A DNA stretch of 64,000 nt from Isurus oxyrinchus (lineage: Eukaryota): the NCBI GenBank assembly GCA_026770705.1, contig JANJGN010000035.1, forward strand, positions 13,144,001 to 13,208,000, written 5' to 3'. The notes beneath the pieces are model-generated. The model was not told where the DNA came from. It ran no database searches and saw nothing but the letters and a program-made list of their open reading frames with translations. This document shows positions 23,701-34,900 of the stretch, piece by piece. Numbering within the stretch: the first letter of the stretch is position 1; every line of letters begins with the position of its first letter. Both the position numbers and the translations under genes were made by a program.

Positions 23701-26700
23701 TTCAAGGTCACAGTTAGCTTAACCAGGATTTGGGCTTTATATTTGTTTATTGAACAATAATTAGAACTTGCCCAATAATTTCAAACAGGTAATGATTAGG
23801 AATATACCGATATCAGTGGGCTGAACAACAGTTACCAATTTATTGTGATGATTGGTTTGTAAATTATTCAGAAACAAACCATAATAAGTTGCTGAACAAC
23901 AGTTAGACATTTTCCACAAGGATTAGACTGAACACTTTTTCATCTTGAGCAGCAATCAGTTATTTATTGTGAGAATTTGAATGAAAAACAATGAGATGTT
24001 CTTTCGTATAGTGGAAACAAATATTTACTGCTGTTTACTGACAAGTTTGTGGTTAATCAGAAAATTGAAATTATGTATTATTGATGGAGTGAAGTTGTAA
24101 ACATATAATTTGAGTATAGGAAGGCAATACATCTATATCTAAATTAGTAATTCTTATACTATCATTAGATATTTTGAAAGAGATTTTGAGGGATAAGGAA
24201 ACATTCACCCTGGACTGAAAAATGAAAATATAGTTGGAAGACGCAGAGATATAAAAAAAAGATAATGCTTTAAATTAACAGTGATTATGGTGTTGAAAAA
24301 TAATGATATAATTCTTTATTTTGATTGGACTGGAGAATAATAAAGTATGTGCTGTGATCAATGTTCTGAAAATAATGGTATGCAAAATGCTTTTATTGTC
24401 CTTAACAATAATATGAGTGATACATAATGATTTGAAAAAACAATAAATGTGAATATTATAAAGAAAATCAATAGATGTTTAGTGTTTGAACAGAATGAGC
24501 AATACTTAGATATTTGGAATGAGGAGTGCACTAATAATAATTTGACAGCTGCTGTGCCTAAGAGACTGACCGAATAATTAGGTTTAATGCAATTCAAATG
24601 CTGAGCACAATATACACCTTCTATGTTGATTATTGGACTGAAATGGTGATGGTGCTTATTGTTTCATTATTGCACTAAAAAATGATTAAACACGAAGCAG
24701 TAGAAATTAAACATGACGTTTCAATGGAAAGATCTCAGATATTTACTGTGGTTATTCAACAGATCATTATTTAGATTCTTTAATGTGATGACTACATGGA
24801 AAATAAATAACTTGTTCCATGTTATTATTAGACATTTGAAACTTACATATTGCCTGATTATTTGATTGAACCATCATTATATTTGCTTTGACTATCTTCT
24901 GATCAATAATGAGGAATAAAATGCAATTATTGGGTGAAATAATATGCATATTTACAGGCTTTAATTTATTGACAAATGATTTTTTGCCTGCTGCATTTGG
25001 TTAGATCATTTGAAGCAAAAAATTAAAGGATTTAAAATCAGCATTGGTGTGAAAATTAATTATATATTCCCAAAGAGCTTATTGCTAATAATAACAGGAA
25101 ATTGCTTGCATTATTGCACTAAAAATTGGAAGGCCATTTACTGCGATTCAAGGAATGACAAATAATTAGGTTTTGTGTAGAAAACCTGACTTATATAAAT
25201 GCTTGTACTGGCCTAAATAATTAGTGAAATTCTAATATTTTAGGAATGGTAACAATTAGAAACATAATGTTATTTGTGGCATGACAATAAATATAAATTT
25301 CCTGTGATCTTGCTACCGGTCAATATTTAGAATATTTCCAAGAACGTAGGATTGGCAAGGAGATCAAAATCAATCAAATTGTTGTTCTAAATAATTTTGG
25401 GATTTTAACACGTTTTATTGCACTAAGCTATTTGAAATTCAAATGGTATTTAGAATGAAAAACGTTTTATGTATTAATGGGAAAGAAAATTATTTGACCT
25501 TTATTGTGATCATTGAATTAAACAATACTGGGGGTTTTAACTTTTTTTATTGTACTCAGCAGTTATTTGTAATTCATATGATTTTTGAATGAAATAAATT
25601 TATACATTTCTTTTGCTTAATGGAAGGATAATGATTTGATGTTTAATGTTATTAAAATGGACATTAATTTTGATACTTTCAGGGAGGTTTGTAATTATTA
25701 GATTCACATTAAACAGATATTTCCTGTTGGCATTTAGTCAGGACCACTGATCAATATTTAGAATATTTCCAAGAACGTAGGATTTGCAATTGACTGAAAT
25801 TTGAAAAGATATTTAGTAAGAGCCATGGTCAGAAAGTATCATTGCATTTTACTGTGATCATTAGAATAAACAATACTTCGAATTTACATGTGCTTTTTGT
25901 ACACAGCAATAATAACAAATGATCCAAGAATTTAACACCAGCAGTGATTAGACATGCACTGCTATTTGTGGTCTGAAGAATAAGTAGAACTTTTCTGTGA
26001 TTATTGGACTGAACAATATTCAGAAATTAACTATGTTTACTGCTCTCAAAATCAATTAAATATTCACACTTCATTGGACTAAATAATGATCAGAATTTTA
26101 CAGGGTTTATCCAACTGAAAAATGATTATATATTTGCTCTGATTATTGAGCTGAAGTATAATTTGATTATTTCTGTGTGGATGGGACTGAAAAACAGTTA
26201 GATGCTACGATTTTGCAACAAAGCAAAAATGGTATGCTACTGGTACTTATTGAAAAAATTGGGATTCACGATAATTGCTAGACAGAACAATTAAAACATT
26301 GCATGTTGACTTTAATTAGGATACAAGTATTTGTAGCTAATATACAAATTCAATTCGATGTTTTCAAAGCAGATAGGAGTCATGATAATTAGGGATTCAC
26401 CGTCATTTGCCGATTGAAAATGTATATATCTGGAGCTCATGGAGTGAACAAATGTTAATCATATTTGCTGATTATTGTCAGGCTATAAAAGTATTATTGA
26501 CAAATTATCAACTCTCAGTAATACAGTATTTACCAAAATCTTGAGCTGAGCACTATTGGGATGTTAAATCATTTTAATTGCAAGGAACAATAATTTGACA
26601 TCCATATGAGTTTGGAACGAACAATATTTGGACGATTCCTGCAATAGTGGAAAGGCAATTGATAGATATTTAATGCTAGCATTGAAGTGAAAAGAACATT

Positions 26701-29128
26701 AGACGCATTAAAAATAATATTGAGATTTTCTTTAAAATTACTGGGCTGAACATTTAAGAAACTTCACTACCGTCGAGGGACTGAGTAATAGTTATACATT
26801 TATAGTGATTATTGGACTGAACAAATGATGAGATAATTACTTATATTGGTGCATTGAAACAATATTCAAAATTCATGTATGTATAAAGCTGAAAAAAAAT
26901 AGTTCTTTACTGATTATTTTCATATTACAACATTCAAGAATTTACTCTATTTATTACACAGATCTGAATTTAGATATTTATTGTTAAGTTTTACGGAGAG
27001 ATAATTAGCAATTTTATGCCTATATTATCGGCCGAACTTTACAAATTTACTGTGATTATTTGATTGCATAATAATCATATTAACTATCATTATTGTCTGA
27101 ACAATAATTAGAAACTAATGATAATTATTGCAGTGCATAGCATGTAGGTACTGAAGCAGTTATTGCACGGAACATGAATTTTTGCATTTTTAAATTGAAG
27201 GAAACTGATGTTTAATTTCTGTATTAGTCTGAAATATATAGCTATTCAATGTGGTCAATTAATTAAAAATAAGTGCATTATATAGTTGTTTACTGCAATC
27301 TAGCATAACTTCAAATTTTCTTTGCGAAAGGTACCATACTACATTTGAACAGGTGATTGGACTTAGATAGAAAATAACTGATTTGTGTCATTCGTATTGA
27401 CCTGGAAGGTAATCTGATATTTTGAAAGCGTTTTGGATCAATTGTAAAGACGAATTTGTTGTAATTACTGGACATAACATGGAAACATCGTTTGCTCTAT
27501 TTCTGGGACTGGAAAATAATTAGATTTTATTGTGACATTGGGGCTTAAACAATAAGAGCATTTTAAATTTGTTCATTAGGCAGAACTGTAATTATAATGT
27601 TTCAAAGAACCTGAAAGCAGTTATAGTTTGTTGCAAACTGATGTTATTGGTTTGAACAATAATTCAAAACTTGCTGTGATCATTGACATTAGCAATGTTT
27701 CATATCAAACTCTAAATATTGCATGTATAATAATTAGATACTATGGCATTTATTGAACTGCACAGAAACCAGAAATTATACTTCCCTGTAACCATCACTG
27801 GAAATATCTAAATGAGGATCAGTGGAATTCTCAAAATAAACATCTAAGAATTGCATTTGAACAACAGCATTCAATATCTAATTAATTCATATCTTTTAAA
27901 TGGAATGCAATTTCAAACATTTTAACAGCGCTTATTCCAGAAGATCTCTAGTCATTTTTTCCAGTACAATAATCATCATAAGTGCCTAGATATTGTTCAG
28001 TACATCAATTGTAGTAAACTTATTTGATTGCTCAATAAGCTAATCGCAGAAAATGCTGAATTATTACCAGTGAATTCATGTCGAAAAGATCTCATTGTTC
28101 TTCACTGCATTACTAGCAGATAAGGTGTATTGATTGTCTTTTCAACAATCACATGAATTCAGACCACAAATAGCAATATCCACTGCCAATTCCAAATTCC
28201 TGAAATGTTTCTAATTATTGTTCAGTTTGGTAAGAAAAACATAAAGCACAAGTGTTGTTTATTCCAATTATCACCATAAGGTGTAATTATTTTCCTACTG
28301 GGTATTGCATTGACTGTCTTTGAAATGTCAGGTCAAAAATCAGAACGAATATCTGACTTTGTTATTGGTTAAAAAAAAAACGTTTTTAAAAATCTAGTTC
28401 TTAGTCAAAAAAGCTGTCATAAGATCTAATTTATTTTACCTTCAATACTAACGTTAGATATCTAGTTGTTTTTGGTCCATCAGTGTAACTACATATCAAA
28501 ATGTAATTCAATTCAGTAATCAAGTATTGCATTTCCACAAGTCCAGTCAGTGCTTCTAACATCCATTATTTTCTTCATTAATCACAGTGATTACTTGTTT
28601 ATTGTTCAGTCTTAAACAAATAGGGGAAAAATAACATATATTTAGTGCAATAATGGTGGTAAAAAAGCACTTACTATTTAGCCCAATAATGACTGTTATT
28701 GTGACATCAATCACAGAAATATAACTATTCAATCCAATAATGACAGTAAACATGTAAATTCCAGCAGTCCAATAAAACATTGACTATTAATTATTTGCTT
28801 CATCTAATCAGCGTTGTACATTTCTAAGGAAATATGAGTGAATAATCATAGTAAATGCCTAAAAAAATGCCAATTAAGAAATCACTGTAAGTGTCTAATT
28901 ATTTGTGGCGTTATAAATACAATTGATGTTTAATCAGTTTCATTGCAATAATCAGAGTAAATATCAAATTGTTTGCACAGTCCAATCATCAGCATAAATT
29001 TTCAATGATTACTCTTCCATCACTTGAAGTAAAATATTCAATTCAGCAGTCCACTAATCACAGCTAATATGGTAATTTAGGAGGCTAAAACTCTTTGTTA
29101 ACTTCAACACTAACATTATATATCTCTA

Positions 29129-29356
29129 AAACAAAAACAGAATTACCTGGAAAAACTCAGCAGGTCTGGCAGCATCGGCGGAGAAGAAAAGAGTTGACGT
29201 TTCGAGTCCTCATGACCCTTCGACAGAACTCGAAGGGTCATGAGGACTCGAAACGTCAACTCTTTTCTTCTCCACCGATGCTGCCAGACCTGCTGAGTTT
29301 TTCCAGGTAATTCTGTTTCTGTTTTGGATTTCCAGCATCCGCAGTTTTGTTTTGTG
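29129..29356 (+). mobile_element. Short fold-back Penelope-derived insertion (inverted pLTR + pLTR + tail)
   Basis: ~95-bp near-perfect inverted arms around ~29226; near-identical to the ends of the 8158-11003 element; 14-bp TSD ATTATATATCTCTA (29115-29128 and 29357-29370). Confidence 0.92.
29191..29231 (-). ncRNA. Best-preserved minimal hammerhead motif in the window
   Basis: GAGUU-CUGUCGA-A-GGGUC-AUGAG-GACUC-GAAA-CG-UC-AACUC; 5-bp stem I and 5-bp stem II fully paired. Confidence 0.65.
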
Positions 29357-29609
29357 ATTATATATCTCTATGTTTGTTTTGAATTATCAAATTGTCGAAA
29401 TCTAATATGTATCATATATTTTAACTATGATATGAATTTAATATTCTTGTTCAGTGCAATAATGCCAGTAAATATCACATCATCGTTTCTTTTTAAAATC
29501 CGTGTAAATTTAGAACCTTTTCCGATCAAAATACTCAGAAACATCTACGACTGTTCAGTCCAATAATCACAGTCAAGAGCTAATATTTGTCCCATCAAAG
29601 GAAAATGAT

Positions 29610-29955
29610 TAGAAATCTTCTGGGATATGGCACCCTGAAAATATTTCAAATTGTTTTACTTTTAAAGGGTATGAAATAATTAGATGTTAAATGTTGTTGT
29701 TCAATTGGCAATTCTTAGATATGTACTTTAAGAATTCCACTGATCACCATTTAGATACTTGCTGTGATGGTTACACAGAAGTATAGTATCTGGTTTCTGT
29801 ACAGTTCAGTAAATGGAGTTGTTTCTAATTATTATACAGACAATAATTGGAGTTTCATACCAAACATTGCTAATGTCAATGATCACAGTATATTTCTAAT
29901 TATTGTTCAGCCCAATAACACCAGTTGCAACAAACTATAACTAGTTCCATATTCT
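29610..29955 (-). repeat. Short inverted copy of ~27605-27950
   Basis: CTGGTTTCTGTACAGTTCAGTAAATG is the reverse complement of CATTTATTGAACTGCACAGAAACCAG; TTGCAACAAACTATAACT matches AGTTATAGTTTGTTGCAA. Confidence 0.8.
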
Positions 29956-31725
29956 GATTGATTTTCAGTGCAATAATAACAATAAATATCTAAATATTAT
30001 GATTTGAAGGGGCTTGGAAAATATGACATACATTTAAATATATATTTGAATTCAATTCTTGAACATCCATTATCATTCTTTATTATAACATTCATTATCA
30101 CTGCCATACTCGCACGGCATTTTAACAATTTAGGTTGACAACCCTTTCAAATTGTTGTTTAATTGAAGCAAAACTGGTATCCCTTCATTCTCTAGGAACA
30201 TTAGGTGTCCGCTTTTTTTAATGAAATACACACACAAGTGACATAATTATTCTTCAGTCCAATAATCATCATAAACGTCTGATTATTGCTCGGTTCAATT
30301 AAGTCAGCAATGTTGTTCATCCCACTAAACCCTTAGAATCTCCAATTATTTTTCAGTTCAGTGCTCACAGACTTTTATCTAAATGTTGCTCAGTCCAATA
30401 ATCACTGTAAATGTCTAATTATTGTTTAGACCACTGCTACCAGTCAGATGACTGGATGTCAAGCCTAGTAGATTTATGTTACATCCACTTATTATTTCGT
30501 GGATAATCACATTGATGATCCACTGAATGTTGAGTCCAAAGCAAAGTATGGAGATCAGATTATTGTTGTGTACAGACACAGCAAATTAGCATTTCATTTT
30601 CAAATCAGTAACAGCTGGAACCATTTACTAAGTCCAATACATACACTCCATTTCTAAGTATTATTCAGATAATGATCATTATAGACATATTGGAAATTTC
30701 TAATTACAGTTCTGTACAATGAACACATTTAAAATGCAAGCATTGTTTAGCCCCATTATCACATTAAAATCTCATTATTTTCCAGTCCCAGAAACACAGC
30801 AAATGATATTTCAATGTTAAGTCCAATGATTACAACAAATTCCTCATTAACGTTGCTCCAAAACACCTTCAAATTATCAGATTATCTTTCAGTTCAATAA
30901 CAATGTCATATACCAATTATTTTCTTCCTTAGTCCAATCACCTGTTCAAATGTAGTTTGTTCCATTTCACAGAGCAAATTTCAAGTTATTATGAATTACA
31001 ATAAACAACTATATAATGCATATATTCTTAGTTACTTGATCAAATCGAATAGCTTTTTGAGAATAACAGTGATTAAACATCAGATTCTTCCAAATTAAAA
31101 TGTATCAATTCTTCAATGCAATAGCTGCTTAAGTATCTCCATATTATGCATGGCAATAATTACAATTAGTTTTAATTATTTTTCAGACGATAATGGTAAT
31201 TAACGTGATTATTATAAAACAGAATAATCACAGTAAAATATGTAAAATTCGGCTGGCTGATAAAGGTAACAAATAGCTAATTATTTTTCAGATAAGCTTT
31301 ACAGTAAATATCGTAATTTGGATTTGTGTACCAAATAGAGTAACTTCCTGAATGGTGTAATTTGAAAACAATCAATAAAGGCGTAAATATTTTTCAGCCT
31401 TATACGTACATGAACTATTAATATTTTTTCAATGCACCCATAATCACTATAAATGTCAATCCTTCGATGGTAAAGTTTCTTAAAATAAATCTCAATAATA
31501 TTTTTAAATCATTCATTAACTGTTCACCTCAAAGATCTCTTCATTTCCTATGCACTATCGCAGGAATTGTCCAAGTATTGTTCATTCCATACTCAAACGA
31601 ATTTCAAATTATTGATCCTTGCAATAAAAAAGGCTTAACATCCCACTGTTGTTAAGCTCAATATTTTAGTAACTGTTTTATTACTGGGAGTTGATAATTC
31701 TTCGATATATTTGAAAACTTGTATA

Positions 31726-31966
31726 AAGAAAAGCAAAAGACAGCGGAAGCTGGAAATCTGAAACAAAAATAAATGTAGCTCGAAAAACCCAGCAGGCCTG
31801 ACAGCAGCTGCGCAGAGGAATACAGTTAACGTGTCCAGTCCGTATGACTCTTCAACAGAACAGTTCTTATGAAGAGTCATACGGAGTCGAAACGTTAACT
31901 GTATTCCTGACCGCAGATGCTGTCAGTCATGCTGAATTTTCCATCTATTTTTATATTTGTTTCTGA
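31726..31966 (-). mobile_element. Older fold-back Penelope-derived insertion with two opposed hammerhead remnants
   Basis: Imperfect inverted arms centred ~31860; plus-strand CAGUU-CUUAUGA-A-GAGUC-AUACG-GAGUC-GAAACGUU-AACUG (31861-31901); absent from the paralogous arm at ~26470-26520. Confidence 0.85.
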
Positions 31967-34900
31967 ATAGCTGTAGCCTGACCATCAGCAAGTATGAGTA
32001 ACATTTATTCACTCCAGATATAATTTTTTTCAGTCAACAAATGACAGTGAATCCCTAATTATCATGAGTCTAATCTGCTTTGAACACATCAAATTGAATT
32101 TCTACAGTAAGTACAAATGCTTTGCTTTCTTAGTACAACCAAACATGGACTATTTTAATTGTTCAGTCTAACAATTATCGTGAATATTAATTTTTATTTA
32201 GCCCAATGAATACCAATCGCAAGCCATTCTTGACCCGTTGCAAAATCATAGCATCTACCTGTTTCTCAGTCCCAACCTCACAGAGAGAATCGGATTATTC
32301 TTCAGTTCAATAATTAAAGCAAACATACGATTATTGTTCAGTTGAATAAATCCTGTAAACATCTGATCATTACTTAGTCCAATGAGGTGTGAATATTTAA
32401 TTGATTTTCAGCACACTAAATGCAGTTCTTTTCCGAATATTGTTCAGTCCAATGATCACAGGAAATTTCGACTTATTCTTCAGACCACAAATAGCAGTAC
32501 ATGTCTAATTACTGCTGCTGTTAAATTCTTGGATCAGTTCTTATTATTGTTGTGTACAAAAAACACCTGTAAAACCAAAGTATTGTTTGTTCCAATGATC
32601 ACAGTAAAATGCAATGATGGTTTCAGACAATGACTCTCCGTAAATCACTCTTCAAATTTCATTTCATTACTGACGACGATTCTCCAGTTATTGGACAAAG
32701 CGTTTTGAAAATATCTAATCAATCTAAATTATAACAGGAAATATCCTTCTAATGTGAATCTAATAATGATAAACCTCACTGAAAGGCTATATTTAATGTT
32801 CACATCAATAACATTAAACATCAAATCATTATCCTTACAATAACAACCCGTAATTTATAATATTATTCAAAAATAATATGAATTCCAAGTAACTGTTGAC
32901 TACAATATAAACAGTTAAAACCCCAATATTGTTCAATATATTAATCACAAAATAGATCAAGTAATTTTCTTTCCAATTAACGCATAAAACGTCTTAATAT
33001 TTTTCATTATAAAAACCATGAGAATTTCAAATAATTTGCTAAATTAAAACAAGCTAAAATCCCAGCATTATTTTGAGCAACGATTAGATTTTGATTTTAA
33101 TTGAATTTGATCTCCGTGCCAATCCTATATTCCTGGAAATCGTGTAAACATTGATCAGTAGCATAATCACAGTAATTTTCTATATATTATCATGCCACTA
33201 ATAGCAGTATGTTTCTAATTGTTAACATTGCTAAAATCTTGGAATTTCACTAATTATTTAGGTCAATGTAACCAATTAATATTGAAATACTTCTCAGTCG
33301 AGTTTTCTGCGTAAAATCTAATTATTTGTCATTTCTTGCATCACAGTAAATGCCCTTCCAATTTTGAGTCCAATAATGCAAGCAATTTCCAGTTATTATT
33401 ACTGATAAATGCTCTGGGAATAGATATTTTTCACACCAATGTTGTTTTAAACTCTTCAATTATTTTTGATTCAAGTGATCTAACCAAATGCGACAAATGT
33501 AAACCTCATTTTCAATAAATTAAGTCTGTAAATATGCACTTATTATTGCACCAAATACTTGCACTTCATTCCTCATTATCTATCAGAGAATAATCAAAGA
33601 AAATTATCATGATGGTTCAATCAAATAATCAGCCAATATGTAAATTTCAAAAGCCTAATAAAAACATGGAGCAATTTATTTATCTTCCATGTACTCATCA
33701 CAGTAAAGAAACTAAATAATGATCTGTTGAATAATCAGAGTAAATTTCTGAGATTTTCCCATCGAAATGTCGCTTTAAATTTCTAATGCTTTATATTTAA
33801 TCATCATTGCAATAATGAGAGAATGAGCACCATCATAATTTCAGTCCAATAATCGCCATACAGGTGTATAAATTGCTCAGCATTTGAACTCAGTATCTCA
33901 GGCAAAGCAGCTGTTGAAATATTATTAGTGCAATCCTCATTCCAAATATTTAAATATTGTTCATTCTGTTTTCTAATGACATTCTTTATAATAACTACAT
34001 TTATTGTTTACTATAATAATTGTGTATCATTCATATTATTGTTAAGGACAATAAAGGCCTCTTGTATACCATTAGTTTCAGAACATTAATCACAGTACAT
34101 ACTTTATTATTCTCCAGCCCAATTAAAACAAAAAATCTTAGAATTATTTTTCAACACTATAATCACTGTCCATTTCAAATTATTCATGAATCTGCTACTC
34201 ACAGGAAAGATCAATATTATGCAACCCATATATTGTTAGAACAAATATCTAAATATTGGTCAGTCCTATAGTCAAAGGAAATCTGATTTAAAAAACATAT
34301 ATATCTCTGAGTCTTCCAAATATGTTTTCATTTTTCATTCCAGAGTCAATATTTCCTTATCCCTTGAATCTGCTTTCAAAATATCTAATGATAGTAGAAG
34401 AGCAACTTATTTAAATATATATGCATTGTCCTCCCTATACTCACACAATATTTTTAGATCTTCACTCTATCAAGAATAGTTAATTTCAATTTTCTGATTA
34501 ATCAATAGACAATTACAACATTCATAAATTGGTCAAATTCATCTGGCAATAAATGGAAATTTCTACTGACATCAGGACTAAACAATATTTGAAAATATAG
34601 ATAGGTTAATCGACCAAGACATTTAGGTACTTAAAACTTAATTTGGGTGTTAAAACAACTCATTATTTCCAAAGTGTTCCAATTAATAATAACTGTATAT
34701 TTGTTGCCATAATTGGACAAAACTTAGAACTTATTTATGACATTGCACTGAATAAATATTCAACATTTACTGCCACTGTCAGACTGGGAAATATCAGATA
34801 TTCCTAAGAAATTAGAATTGTCTGCAATTCTAAATTTATCCTGATTATTGAATGAAACAACAATGGGATGTGAATCGTTTTCATATGCTGGACAATAGTA

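Larger units (their letters stand above)
24050..34510. repeat. Large inverted duplication: ~24050-27600 versus ~30680-34510
   Basis: 27400-27595 is the reverse complement of ~30700-30895, and 24160-24255 of ~34300-34395; collinear in between; diverged (roughly 75-80% identity by eye). Confidence 0.85.

Noticed and set aside
29444-29465. Iron-responsive-element-like C-UUGUU-CAGUGC-AAUAA
   Set aside because: No lower stem and no mRNA context; expected by chance among ~1,200 variants of TTGTTCAGTCCAATAA.
29095-29566. Small proteins or a pre-miRNA gene at the hairpin
   Set aside because: The ORFs and hairpin are fully explained by the PLE-derived fold-back insertion; no independent evidence of a gene.
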